Position numbers and translations under genes: made by a program. Shown in pieces: positions 27,332-41,122 of a stretch of DNA of 64,000 nucleotides. How positions within the stretch are numbered: position 1 is the first letter of the stretch; every line of letters starts with the position of its first letter. Below the pieces are notes generated by a model. It was given only the letters and a program-made list of their open reading frames with translations. It ran no database searches and had not been told where the DNA came from. Origin of the DNA: Antedon mediterranea (Eukaryota > Animalia > Echinodermata); the NCBI RefSeq assembly GCF_964355755.1, contig NC_092670.1:10216795-10280794 (forward strand), read 5' to 3'.

Positions 27332-27916
27332 ATTGAATAGTACCAAAAATAGTATAATAATGGCAATGCTAACCCTATAAAGCTCTAGAGCTTGTTTCCA
27401 TAAGGGGTCCCAACATAAAACAAACAGACATCAACAATTATTTTTATTGCTTTAAGGTATGTTTTATTGATTTGATGAGAATTTTTTTAATATAAATAAT
27501 ATAATTTTTTAGATTTAGAATACCTTGTGTGTTGTAATTATGATTGAATAAATTACACTTAACATTGAGATATGATGATGTTATTATATTGTGTAATTTA
27601 TTTATTATATTGAGCCCGTAATTTGTGGAAATACAACACTATTAACTTTGAGGCTTAACATGTGCATAAGGTTTATTTAAAAATTGTGAAAGTATTAACA
27701 ATTCTATTAAGATTCAGTTACTGTAAAATAATAATAAGTGACTAATACAGAAATTGAATCTAATAATAGCATATTTAAAGTACTAATTTGACTGTTGTAT
27801 TGTAAAGACAATGTGTAAATTCCTTACATTTTCACCTTAAAATGGTTGACCGGTAAAATTATTAAAAAATAGAAGTTTAATTTCATATTGTTCTTTGTTC
27901 TTCATTGTTCTTTTAG

Positions 27917-28631
27917 GCTTGAAGCTGTTCATTGCGGGTGTCTTCCATTTTGTCCTAACCAGCTGGTTTATCCTGAAATATTTCCAAGTAAGTTATAATA
28001 AGTTCTCAACTTAATATATAATAATTTTAGTAGTCTATTTTGTTTCTTCATAAGTCAATTTGTGCTGTGTTTTGACAATTGTACGATCATGGAAAACCAT
28101 TTTTGTGTAAGTTTAACTTATGTCATTTGAAGTGTACAGTATATCATTGATTTGTGTAGTTTATTCTATTTCCATGTGACAAAATGGCAGCACTTCAAAA
28201 GTAATTTAATATTCCAATATTCTCCTTTATTATATTATATGGTGATGATATTGTTTAATAAATTTAAACAATGTTTGTTTACTTTTGTTAGCGTTACATG
28301 TTTAAAACACTTTTGTATCTCATTCCTTTATCATTTATTGTATTTGTATATATATTTTTTTTATTTTGGAATAAAATTGTTTATGATTGATTGATTGAAA
28401 ATAATTTATTATTGTCCCACACCAAATTAACCCTTTTAATCTCTTTTAGAAGAATGTTTATACAATACAGAACAGCAGTTATTTAAACATCTACGACGAT
28501 TCTGCAGAACACCAAATAGTGTACGTAACTATGACAGAAGTACCTGTACACTGAATGAAATCACGGCAAAACGTAGCTGGACATCTATCAAGCAACAATA
28601 TCTAACACTGCTTTCAAGTCAAGAATCATAA
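27917..28631 (+). pseudogene. GTDC1: Last two exons of a GTDC1/QTMAN-like glycosyltransferase (27917-27987 and 28450-28631); upstream exons not found
   Basis: Canonical AG/GT sites with matching phase give [23 protein letters not shown]|KECLYNTEQQLFKHLRRFCRTP..RSWTSIKQQYLTLLSSQES*. This resembles the remembered GTDC1 C-terminus ([34 protein letters not shown]). Confidence 0.8.
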
Positions 28632-30159
28632 TGGTGTATCACAATTTTCAAGATACATAATTGGCTTGAATGGTAAATCATGATAATATTTATAATACAA
28701 ATTTAGTTGAAATGCGCTGATACTGCGATATGAATGTAAAACATACGTTATGTTCATATTATTGTATGATGCTTTGAAACCTAAGTTTTACCTAAATGTA
28801 AATTTGATTAAATTGAGCTATTCAACATTTTGATTACTTGAATTCTGCCATATAGCCAATAACTGCTCGACTAGGCAGAAAACCATGTTAAATGGCTTTA
28901 AAATAGCTCACATTTAAATTTCTAAATGCTCCAGCATGTCAGTGAATAACTTTTATATTAAGTGTGAGAGACGATGAGACGATTATTTACATGTGGAAAA
29001 ATATCCAGTTGTCAAAGTGTTTGCAAATGGCTGGTTGGAGATATAAATTTGTTTTACAAGGGTAACTCTGTACTAGAGCTACAGTGCAGATGACTTATAA
29101 TATAATAGAGGCATTCTTAAAAACAATACAAAACTAAACAAAATGCCTACTACATTCAAACAAATTACAAGCAGATTCATAAAAGTTAAAATTCACACAA
29201 AAACAATTTAGAACAATTAAAACTCATCGAAATATAAAACTTTAAAATATAAAAAAATATGAAATTCTTCATAAAAATAAAATTTTGCATAAATTTTGGT
29301 AAATTTTCAAACAATTAAAATGATGTTTCTGGTGTTCTCTTCATCACTGCCCTCTTGTAACTGTACTTTCTCTTGTTGCCTTATGCTGTTATTGGAGCAT
29401 CTAGGTGCTAGGTCAAACCCATTTAGTTTGAAAATGTATAGCAAAGTAATGTTTTTTTACACTAATACATTCAAAACTTTAGATTAATATCTTAAATTTC
29501 GTAGTAGTTTATTTGCTCTTTAATGTTTATATACTTTCACTTTACCTTGGAAAATACATAAACATAAGATTGAATTTAAAAACTTCAGAAAATATCCATT
29601 GAAAGTACTCCTAAAATTAGATTAAAAAATACTAATTATTATTAATGAAAATATAGGAAATACTGATTTATAATTATATATCAATTTGATTTTATTAATT
29701 AAAAACAATAATAATAATTAATGTTACTATTATGCATGTATTTAGTATAGTTTTAAATAATTAAATTAAATTTTTTTACTTGGTATAATATTTAAAAATG
29801 ATTAATAATAAAACATTCATTGTTACTATTATAATTTAAAATACAGAATAAAAAATTCCATAGAATAAATTTTAAACAAATCACAGTTGATATAACAATA
29901 TATTTAATTGTTAATGTTATAACATTTGGATTATTATAATAAAATAATTATTTAATGATAAGGCAAAATGATATTTAAAAGAAACAAAGAGGAATCTAAA
30001 TTATTAAATAATTACAGATTCTGATTTGTTATGGTGCTCTTTTAACCATCATCACTGTTGTCTTAAAAGATCAAAATAGCGATCCCAGTTGATGCCATTG
30101 TAATCAACTGTACCTGGTGTAAGGTAAAGCCTGTTCAGGTTTGAATTATGACAACTCTC

Positions 30160-30425
30160 TTATGGGGCTCTTTTAACCATCATCACTGTCTTCTTGAGAC
30201 TGTTGTAATTATTATGGAAATTCCACCAGCTGGTGCCTGTCAAACCCTCTGTACCTGGTGTAAGGTAAAGGCCATTCAGGTTTGAATGATGACAGCTATT
30301 GTACCACCAAGCACCTTTGTTATACTCAGCACAGTTAGTACCGATCCCGCTACAACTTCTCTTATCATTGTCTCTATCATACGTTGAAAATTGTTGACCA
30401 TTGTGGCGTGATGTCAAAGAATCAC
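30160..30425 (-). CDS. FReD paralog 2, exon 4
   Basis: tttag|GT GAT TCT TTG. Reads FSTYDRDND..NCAEYNKGAWWYNSCHHSNLNG..KRAP*. Confidence 0.92.
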
Positions 30426-31303
30426 CTAAACAAACAAAATTTTAAATTCATTTTTAAATATTTGTTTTTCTTTCTGTTACAAATAAAATAAAAGATATTT
30501 GATATAAAAGGGAAAATAAAACACAAATTTATAAATAGTATTAATTTGTTTTTAATTTTTTGTTATTAACTATTCTTATATATCATATATTCTTTATTTT
30601 ATTTTTGTTTTGTCAGAGTTACTATACTTTAAAAGCAATGCATTTTAATAATGAAGAAAGCCAAAGTTATATGATAAGTAAAAAGTGCGATTAATAAAGT
30701 ACTACTCCTCCCTTATTCGTTGTAGTATTGAGCTGGGATTTGGCATGAATATACAAAGCCATAGAGCCGGATTTTAAATATCACTGGCTCCTTGTTTAGG
30801 GACCACTGACTAATCCTATTGAATTAGAACAGGTAATGAATGCGTTCAACGTTGCAACATTTAGTAAGGAATTTAATCGTTATTTTTATCCATATGTTTT
30901 TTTTAAATAATAAAAAATATAATATAATGTACCACACAGTGATATATTTTCGACTAGTTAGCCGTTATTGAAGAGATAATAGTGAGTTTTGACAAAAAGT
31001 CTTGCCGCGTTGATCGGTGGGCTAGGCAAGGCCGAGCTAATCGTAGTCGCTACTTTATTTTGATTTTCTCAAAATGAAGATTTCCTGAGCTATAAATAGT
31101 GACTCGTATGTTTTCATTAATGTGTTATTTTTTTTTTTTACTATTTATACAAATTTATATATTATTTTTATCAATTATTGCAAAATCTTACTTTTCAGCC
31201 TTTTGGCTGCCGTTGTATTATTGATTTCTTTTTTATGAATAAATATACATGAAGTGATTTAATAAACCAATTTTAATAAACAACGCCACATTTTAAAGCA
31301 TAC

Positions 31304-33102
31304 ACATACACATACTGTTGCATTGACTGCCTCATAAATGCCTTCTACATTAATCATACACATACTGTTGCATTGACTGCCTCATAAATGCCTACTACAT
31401 TAATCATACAAATACTGTTGCATTGACTGCCTCATAAATTCCTACTAGATTAATCATACATATACTGTTGCATTGACTGCCTCATAAATGCCTACTACAT
31501 TAATCATACACATACTGTTGCATTGACTGCCTCATAAATGCCTACTACATTAATCATACACATACTGTTGCATTGACTGCCTCATAAATGCCTACTACAT
31601 TAATCATACATATACTGTTGCATTGACTGCCTCATAAATGCCTACTACATTAATCATACACATACTGTTGCATTGACTGCCTCATAAATGCCTACTACAT
31701 TAATCATACATATACTGTTGCATTGACTGCCTCATAAATGCCTACTACATTAATCATACACATACTGTTGCATTGACTGCTTCATAAATGCCTACTACAT
31801 TAATCATACACATACTGTTGCATTGACTGCCTCATAAATGCCTACTACATTAATCATACACATACTGTTGCATTGACTGCCTCATAAATGCCTACTACAT
31901 TAATCATACACATACTGTTGCATTGACTGCCTCATAAATGCCTACTACATTAATCATACACATACTGTTGCATTGACTGCCTCATAAATGCCTACTACAT
32001 TAATCATACACATACTGTTGCATTGACTGCCTCATAAATGCCTACTACATTAATCATACACATACTGTTGCATTGACTGCCTCATAAATGCCTACTACAT
32101 TAATCATACACATACTGTTGCATTGACTGCCTCATAAATGCCTACTACATTAATCATACACATACTGTTGCATTGACTGCCTCATAAATGCCTACTACAT
32201 TAATCATACACATACTGTTGCATTGACTGCCTCATAATTGCCTACTACATTAATCATACACATACTGTTGCATTGACTGCCTCATAAATGCCTACTACAT
32301 TAATCATACACATACTGTTGCATTGACTGTCTCATAAATGCATACTACATTAATCATACACATACTGTTGCATTGACTGCCTCATAAATGCCTACTACAT
32401 TAATCATACACATACTGTTGCATTGACTGCCTCATAATTGCCTACTACATTAATCATACACATACTGTTGCATTGACTGCCTCATAAATGCCTACTACAT
32501 TAATCATACACATACTGTTTCATTGACTGCCTCATGATTGCCTACTACATTAATCATACACATACTGTTGCATTGACTGCCTCATAAATGCCTACTACAT
32601 TAATCATACACATACTGTTGCATTAACTGCCTCATAATTGCCTACTACATTAATCATACACATGCTGTTGCATTGACTGCCTCATAATTGCCTACTACAT
32701 TAATCATACACATACTGTTGCATTGACTGCCTCATAAATGCCTACTACATTAATCATACACATACTGTTGCATTGACTGCCTCATAAATGTCTACTACAT
32801 TAATCATACACATACTGTTGCATTGACTGCCTCATAAATGCCTACTACATTAATCATACACATACTGTTGCATTGACTGCCTCATAAATGCCTACTACAT
32901 TAATCATACACATACTGTGGCATTGACTGCCTCATAATTGCCTACTACATTAATCATACACATACTGTTGCATTGACTGCCTCATAATTGCCTACAACAT
33001 TAATCATACACATACTGTTGCATTGACTGCCTCATAAATGCCTACTACATTAATCATACACATACTGTTGCATTGACTGCCTCATAAATGTCTACTACAT
33101 TA
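31304..33102. repeat. Same 50-bp minisatellite, about 36 copies, in paralog 2 intron 3
   Basis: Identical consensus unit; right flank 33103-33580 is homologous to 6591-7048. Confidence 0.97.
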
Positions 33103-33923
33103 AAACAAACTAAAATCAGTAAATTCAGTGACTGCAGTAAATGCAGTATAATAATTTTAACATGATCTATTGATAAGATAAGTTGTTGTACTGTGAGTGC
33201 ATTTGCACATTTAAATATAGTTAGATTCGTTTCAGGCCTGTAAGAAGGAATTGCGAATTGGGAGGGACATACCAAAAATGTACTTAGACAGTTTACAGAG
33301 TACTTTGCATTCAAGGTGATCACCTTTGGGCTTTACATTATATTTGAGATGCGACATCAATTGATAATCAAAAAGTATCAAATGATTATTATTTGTTGTT
33401 TAAACTTTTAAATATTGTGGTCTAATTATGACATAACTAGTGAAATTATGGGGCTATTTCACAAAGGCGTAGAATTATTTTTTCATGAGGTTCACGTCAA
33501 TATCATTATTAGAATTGTTTTGTTCTACTTTTCAGATGTTTAGAAGCTTTTCTTTTAATGTTTGTCTAATTTCTTTAAGCTAAATTTGATGGAAAGACAG
33601 CCTCAAATTATGCTAGAACGCTGCTGTGTCTTGTGACTTTAGCCCTGACTTTAGACCCTGACGCCACCGCTGCTTAGGTACAGTACATGTCTCAAGTTCT
33701 TTCCCAGCAGTCAATTTCCTTATCATTTAGCTGTGTTTAATCAGTCATAATTCTAACATTATTTTTATTATCTTTTAAATGTGATAAATGCAAATCAAAC
33801 CCTATATGTGTCCATAGATTATTTTCACTGCAAAGTACTAAGTGTGTATAAGGCCTTAAAAAAGGTTAATTCTTAGTATACTTAATGTGTTTTTAAATGT
33901 AAATATAGATTGAATATACTAAC

Positions 33924-34167
33924 CTGCAGTTCCATTGCATCCACTGATTTTTAAAGTATAGTTAGAGTCCTCAGTATCAACACGAAAGTGAGAATATTTT
34001 GCGATCTTCATTTCATCCAAGTGGTCAGTCATCTCTATTAGAAATGTTATACGGTTGATCTGTTCATTACCAAGCCAGAACTCTGAGTTCAAATTTCCAA
34101 AACCATCCTTGTATTCTGCCCAACTACGGTAGAAATCGACCAATCCATCTTCTCTTCTTTGTAATAC
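33924..34167 (-). CDS. FReD paralog 2, exon 3
   Basis: cag|GTA TTA CAA AGA...GCA G|gttagt. Reads VLQRREDGLVDFYRSWAEYKDGFG..EFWLGNE. 18 bp shorter than paralog 1, frame preserved. Confidence 0.9.
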
Positions 34168-34227
34168 CTGGTAATGACCATAGATAGTACTTAATGAATA
34201 AGATAGTATTGTACTTCACTTAATAAG

Positions 34228-34390
34228 ATGTAGAGGTATAAACGGCAGGTTAGTGATCTGGTCGGTTGTAGGTTCGAGTCCAACCCAAGAATTACTTGTC
34301 GAAGTATTCTCAATGTAAAAGTAAAGTACAAATTATGTCATAGTAGGGCAAAACATCTGACCAATTACTTAACACCCTGACGCAAGGCTC
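34228..34390 (+). mobile_element. Possible tRNA-derived SINE in paralog 2 intron 2
   Basis: B-box GGTTCGAGTCC at 34271-34281 with an A-box-like segment upstream; absent from the paralog 1 intron; boundaries approximate. Confidence 0.4.
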
Positions 34391-34804
34391 CACAGTAGTT
34401 ACAAACAATTTTTAAATTAAAAAATAAAAGATATGATCATGATGCATGACAAATTTGTAATTATGCATGTGTTTGTGCACAATGCATGTTTCTAAGACCA
34501 CTTTGAAATGCAGGACCATCGCGCACAATGCGAGAAGGTTGTTTACGATGGAATAAATGAATAAAGATAAAACAATAATGACAAAACGTGAAATGATGAA
34601 AATACGAAAAAAGTATCTTATTGTAAGAACTTGACCAATAATAAACAAGATGTATTTAGTTTATTGTAATTTAAAATTTGATATACTTATTTTTTTTACA
34701 GTTAGGTGTTAGCTCGTAGTGTTTAACTGAATATTAAACTGCAGCCTAGCTGTATTACATTACTGTACCCTCTTTAATATCTAAATTATTGTTTTTATAC
34801 TTAC

Positions 34805-34941
34805 CGTCCAACTGCCATCATCCTTCATGTCACAGTAGACAGTAATCTCTCGTCCTTCATCTCCTGGCTGTATCACATATTGACCACTCACAGCAGAAGG
34901 ATCATTTCGTAAAATGTCACCACAGTCCCTCATACAACACT
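34805..34941 (-). CDS. FReD paralog 2, exon 2
   Basis: MRDCGDILRNDPSAVSGQYVIQPGDEGREITVYCDMKDDGSWT|gtaagt. The acceptor tag at 34942-34944 leaves 8 nt before ATG (6 nt in paralog 1), so the entry phase is uncertain. Confidence 0.85.
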
Positions 34942-34961
34942 CTAACATTACAATTTGTAAA

Positions 34962-35834
34962 GATTTCGATCCAAGTCGGCCCTAAACCGTCTCGGCCAAA
35001 CTCAAGTCGGCCCCAAGTCAAGTCGGCCCCAAGTCAACTCGCCCCAGGTCAACTCGGCCTCAAGTCAACTCGGCCTCAAGTCAACTCGGCCTCACATCAA
35101 CTCGGCCAAAAAATAATCGGTCAACTCGGCCCCGTTAAAGTATGGAACGCAAAAAGTGCAAAGGAAGGGGATTGATATTTCTTCACATTTTCGTGCGTCA
35201 AAATTCAATAAACATGTCCGATATGCGAGGACATTTATTAGGTGTAATAACATTGCTTGGTTGAATCATTGAGGTATAAAATAATGGTAACTCCATGGTT
35301 GAATCACGCATAGATATTTTCAGTGTATGCATTTGATTAGGCGACAACATCTGAAACCAATTCGTAGCCTCCCTTTGCGCCTTTGGCAGCTATTTCAATA
35401 TCTAAAACTGCTACGTTTTTTCGCTGACCGGGGGATTCCCCTTTTTAAAAAATGCAAATCATGAAAAAAAACGATATGTACGATCATTTTTTCTATGGCC
35501 AAATGGTGGAACGTAGGCCTACGTCTTCGATTTACTAAAATGCGGTACCTGCTCGTGTTTTTGTAACACGCGAGTACTTCTATTCATATCGGCAATGAGA
35601 TCATTTTTTTATATGAGTATTTTTTTTATTTCTTCATTTTTTTTTAAAGCGTGGATAGTAATTAATAATCATAATAATATTAAGCACTTTTTGCGTTCCA
35701 TACTTTATTGTGACCGAGTTGACCGATTAGTTTTTGGCCGAGTTGACTTGAGGCCGAGTTGCCTTGGGGCCGACTTGACGTGGGGCCGACTTGACTTTGG
35801 CCGAGACAGTTTGGGGCCAATTTGACCTGCACCC
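34962..35834. mobile_element. Foldback/MULE-like MITE with tandem subterminal repeats
   Basis: (caagtcaactcggcct)n at the left end, inverted at the right end; direct flank repeat TTTGTAAA (34954-61, 35835-42). Confidence 0.78.
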
Positions 35835-37119
35835 TTTGTAAATGATAAAAAAATATCATAAAGTATGAAAACATTCGGTTAATAGAAGACCTGCTTTATT
35901 ATATAGATTGTAACGATAAAAAAAAAGTATGAAAACAATAGGAAGTTACAGTACAACATTGCATCCCACAACCTTACTATTTTGATTTTAAAATGTGGGA
36001 TGTCTAAAATTGGGTGAAGCTTTGAAAAATTGGCTTTTATTTTATTATTATTATTTATTAAAATAAAATACAAGATTGTGACATTCTCTTTTGAGATATT
36101 GTCAGTCATTCCTGCACTCTCCTACACCTGGCATCACTGTACACAAACAAAGTGTGAAGACGCGATCATGGTAAGACGTGATCTATACAGCTCAGCAAAA
36201 ACAGCTTTTTAAACGTATTGTAATTCCTCCTTTTTCGCTGTATTTTACTTTGAAATCATCTTTTATACATCTCTGTTTTGACTGTGTGTTGAATATTAAG
36301 ACTTGTTTTGCGAAGAAACTCTAATCTCTGTTTAAATGTGCATCACCCACGGGAATCAAAGCACAAATAGAGCCAACGTTAGGCTACAGAATTTGCATAA
36401 CATAATTTGTATATCCAGCTACAGCAATGGCCGGGTCTAGCATTTTTTAGATTCTCACGCAGCAGAACAACAACGAACAGGAATACATTAAGAAGTTTGT
36501 GAGTAACCTGCTTGACATATACCAGTATGACAAAACAGAAATACTGGAGTTTATTTTTCTAGTCCAAGTAGTGGCAGAATTCCAGACCACCTGATTCGAC
36601 TACGAGAGACAGTACAATGAGATCTTGTGCTATGTTTTCCTGAATATGAAGGAAGGAGCTTTACATAAGAAGAAAGTTAGCCCTTCTCGCAGAGGACATA
36701 CCATCGGTTATTCAATTATCAACAAGATTCCCGACTCCCGACTTAATAACGTTTTTAAACCCAGCGCATGTATGTTGAACGACTCGGCTGCAAACTGATG
36801 TACAATTGGCAATCAACAATACCGAGGACTTAATCGAGGGTTTGCGCTATGTTAAAGAACCAAGTTTAACTCTTAACCAGAGCGATCTTAGAATAAAGAC
36901 CAATGAGTGTCTACCCTCATTAGTTGCTATCGACAAAATTCAATCCATTTTTCAAGCTGATACGTCTAATAACTTCATCAGCCCAAAAAGTCCATCAGTC
37001 ATTATGGATTTAACAACTGAAACTTCCATTATGTCTACACCCGCAGAACTTTCTCCTAAATTGTTGTCTGGTGAGTTTGGCAACCAGGCGACAGACGATT
37101 TGATATCCCAAGCAATACA

Positions 37120-39088
37120 TGTGGCCGTATTCACCAATCTCACTTAGGCTAAGGGAAATACTTACCCTTAAAATTTTAGAATTCCCTTAACAAAGGGAAA
37201 CACTTAAGGGGTATTCACAAATGAGTTAAGGGATTCACTTACCTAAGGAAAACACTTAATTTAAGGGTAAAACTTAAGGGTAAAAATAATCATAAATATT
37301 CATGAGTTGTCCCATTGTCCAATCACAGAGGATTTAATTGGACTCGCAATAGGTCTAGCCTAGATGCTACTAACAAACCAACATTCTGTGCAGGCTTAAA
37401 CCTGTCTGTATTGAGGAATATGCATCCTAGGCTGGTTACTTGGAAGACCAACAGGGGGCCTAGCATCTCTACCTAGCCTACTAGACTGGGGGATGATTTA
37501 TATTACAACGAAATGAGAAGCCATCTTCCACGAAAATAATGGCAGTCAAAATAAAAACAAATAAATGAAAATAAGACTAATTTGTATGGTAAGGATCAGC
37601 AAAAAAGGTCTAGATGCTACTCAAATCAAACCAAACATGAATCCCTAGGGTGTCACGAAACCTAAGACCACGAAAGCTAAGACCCCCTAAGACCTAAGAT
37701 CACGAAAGCTAAGACCCAAGACCTAACTAAGATTACAAATATTTATCTTTCGCACCTGCCTTGTATTTTAACTCCCAACATTTATTCTGAATACCACACC
37801 TTAGAATTGGCACTTTCATAAAAAAGAATCACATAAAAAGTAACAAACACATTTTTAAATTGATGATTTTACAGACGTTTTTCTCGCACACAAAATGTCG
37901 ACTAGCCTACAGTACATTAGGCCTACCCCATGTTCAATGTTTTTGTTTATATGGAACGTCAAAAGAGCAAAAATTATATAGAGGGCTGAAAACTCTGTGG
38001 AGTCCATCTACAGTGTGGATGGAACAATGTAAAATTAAAATTGTAATGATAATAGTATAATCATGCAAGTACGAGGAAATAAACACTGGCAAATAAATTT
38101 TAATTAAAAAATCATGATAAGTTTTTTTGTTTCGTTTTCTTTCTGTTTTTATACTTGTACTATTATTGTTGCTCTTTTGGCGCTCCATAGAAACAAAAAC
38201 ATTGAGCATGGGGAGCTCGACGAGTTACATTACAGTATACAAAGAAACACATCTGTAAAATCATAAATTTAAAGGATTTATTTATTTGTTATTATGTGTT
38301 TCTCCTTTTGAAAGTACTTATAAGTTCTAATTTTAAAGTGTGGTGTTCAGGATAAAGTTAGTCAACAAATTTGGAGTCAAAATACAAGAAAGGCAGGTGC
38401 GTAAGAAAAATATCCTCGGAACCAACACAATGGAGTAAATATATACAAACAAACAACCCGTCAAGTTTGTTTGTTGTAAAGAAAAAATATACATTTACTC
38501 AACGGGCGAAAATAATGTGAGTTTATCTATGTTTTGCGGTGGTATTAAATTATATTTATGGTAATAAATGAAACCTACTGTGTTTAAAATTATGTATGGA
38601 TAACCAAGTATTGTTTTTAAGCTGTAGTATATCTTAGAATTTGTAATCTTAGGTCTTGGGTCTTACCTTTCGTGATCTTAGGTCTTACGGGGTCTTAGCT
38701 TTTGTGGTCTTAGGTTTCGTGACACCCTGAATCCCTAGGCTAGGCTGGTTACTGGGCACACCAACAGGGGGCCTAGCATCTCTACCTATGACTGGGGCTG
38801 TCTACAAGTAGGCATAGTACTCGCACATACAGAATCGTCAGCACAACCAAGGTACTGAATAGTTAAGGGAACTTTTAAGGGACCTCTGAGGTCCCTTAAA
38901 AGTTAAGGGGCCTCTGAGGTCCCTTAAAAGTTAAGGGGAAAATAGACCAAGTTAAGGGTTTCCCTTAACCTTAAACCCTTTGTGAATACCACTTAAGTGA
39001 AACCCTTAATATTTTCTTGATTTAAGGGAAATTCTTAGGATTTAAGGGAAATATCTCACTTAATGTGATTTTGGTGAATACGGCCACA
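37120..39088. mobile_element. Non-autonomous TIR element (Harbinger-like) with TTAAGGG-rich subterminal repeats
   Basis: 18-bp perfect TIR TGTGGCCGTATTCACCAA; TSD not resolved. Confidence 0.75.
37648..38727. mobile_element. MULE-like MITE nested in the 37120 element
   Basis: Long TIR GGGTGTCACGAAACCTAAGACCAC...; perfect 10-bp TSD TGAATCCCTA (37638-47, 38728-37). Confidence 0.88.
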
Positions 39089-39429
39089 GGCTCTGAACTT
39101 CCCAAATTTTCAACTCCAAATAAACCAAAGAAGGAAGTTAAAACACCACGCTTATAGACCTACGAAAAGCCTCCATCGCTTTTTCATACGTTTAGTGGAG
39201 GACTTTATCAATCTACTTCGAATGCAGCGTTAAGAAAACATATACATGACATCAGTATCCGCAGCGTCACTGATATAATTTCGCTGAAAAATCGCAATCA
39301 TCCTTGCCTCATTCTGTGTTGTGTTGGACAATGAATCTGATACTCTGATCATCTCATCACCTGAATCGTGGCCAGACAGAGTTCGCGTGAGGGACTTTAC
39401 ACCTAGAAAGCCGAGGAATAACTTACATT

Positions 39430-40580
39430 GCTTCAAACATCATCCTACCTGATGAGGTTGTGAAAAAGTTAAACACAATATTTAAAAAAATTATTTGGAA
39501 TTAGATTGGAGCGAATATGAATTAGGTGGATTAAAAGTGTTCCACCTTGGCAACTATTTAGAATCTATTAGTTTATCGTGGATAATAAAATTGAGTTGTG
39601 TCTGTTGTGTCATCTGCAAAACAAGTAATTTTTAGCTCGTTCCTGTCGTGTAAATTTTGAGGTAGTTTAATACACTTAATTTAGTCAGACTGTCTAATTT
39701 TGCAAGCAAGTGGTTCTACACCTAGTACAAAAAGAAAGCAGAGATGGGACAGCCTTGTCTTACTCCTCTTTCGACATTAAAGAATTTAGACACATGTCCG
39801 TTATTGATTAAAATGAAGGATTTTTCCAAAGTTTAGTCTTTTGAGAACATCTATTAATATCGCCTATTAATCGAGTCAAATGCCTTTTTAAAATCAACCC
39901 ATAGCATTCTCGAGTTTCTTGAGATATCTTCAATTTGTCTTATATTTTAGTGTATATTTCTTCCTTTAACAAAACCGCTTTGATCATAACTAATAATAGA
40001 ATAACTTCTCGTTGCTAAGCATTTGGTTAGAATTTTATAGTCTAACTTTAAATGACTGCTAATAGGACGCCAATTATCTCGTGAGTGGCGGGGTAAAATT
40101 TTCCCTTTGTGTATAGCATTTAAGAGATTGAGATTTTGTTAATTCACCAAATTTGTATGATCATTAAATGCATTCACTACTTGTTATCCTATTTTAACCG
40201 AGAATCTTTTATAAATTCAGCAGGTGAGAGCCCATCATACCCAGGGCTTTTATTATTTTCAATCATTTTTAGTGCATTTAAACATTTCTCATAGCTATAA
40301 TTCCATCTAGAAATGATTCTATATTTTCTGTAAGAGTGTCGTTTTCAGATCTATATAGTTCAGAAAAGAAACTGACCTGCATGTTTAAAATGTCAGAGTT
40401 GTTTGTGATTTCTCTGTTAAATTTGTTTGAGTTTTTTTATACCTCTTATTTTTTCTAGATTAAAAAATATTTTGATGACCTTTCACCTTCTTCGCACCAC
40501 TTTTCACGAGATCTTATTTGAATGCCTCTAACTACGTGGTCGTAAAGCGTTTCATATTCCAATTTTACCTTGTTATATTG
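39430..40580 (-). mobile_element. Degenerate, rearranged L1/Tx1-like LINE ORF2 fragments
   Basis: Minus strand: RSREKWCEEGERSSKYF, NNKSPGYDGL, NWRPIS, DLKKAFDSI, GVRQGCPIS. A short plus-strand piece at 39430-39600 resembles a downstream ORF2 segment. Confidence 0.75.
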
Positions 40581-41122
40581 ACGTCAAAGGGACAATAAGT
40601 TTTGTATTTTTATTTTAACCGAATTTTGTTTGATTTACGCGAATCCGTGAATTTGTATACCAAATTCATTTTTAATTTCAATTTTTTTTAAGAGAGAGAA
40701 GAGAGAGAGAGTGAAAGTGATAAGGTTACACTTCAGAGTCAATGGTTTTGGCTAACTAAATTTTTGCTTATTATATGTATAATAATGTTTGTTTTCTTTT
40801 ATATAACTTTAATTTTGCATGCCACTATTATAACCATTTTTATATTTTAAATAGATTTAAAAAAAAAAGGGAAACAGAGGGATGTAATGTAATGATATAC
40901 ATTTATAATTGAGAAATCAACCTTTGTATCAGAATTCAAATAAGTTCACAAACTTGGCACAGAAAGTCCAGAGGAGAGTTTGTCCAGATGTTTTAAAAGT
41001 CCATTTAGCTCATAATTAAATCCCAAAAGTAAACAGTTTTTTGACCTCTCTAACCGTTCCCATTGTAAAACAATTAGATATTGACAGTTTTAAGCAAAGA
41101 TTCGACAGGGCCAATTCATCAT

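Noticed and set aside
27116-27340. 74-aa His-rich ORF (FHSIIHSIFHS...)
   Set aside because: It is the end of the EHBP1-like exon read through a splice donor into a 12-bp tandem repeat.
31304-33102. CRISPR-like array (also 5977-6590 and 12105-12900)
   Set aside because: Units are head-to-tail without unique spacers, there are no cas genes, and the context is a eukaryotic intron; these are minisatellites.
34228-34290. Functional tRNA gene
   Set aside because: A B-box is present but I could not fold a complete cloverleaf; more likely a SINE head.
36400-37147. 113-aa ORF and upstream coding-like sequence as a gene or as FReD exon 1
   Set aside because: Wrong strand for the FReD gene, broken by stops, interrupted by a TIR element and with no motif I recognise; possibly a retroelement ORF1 remnant.
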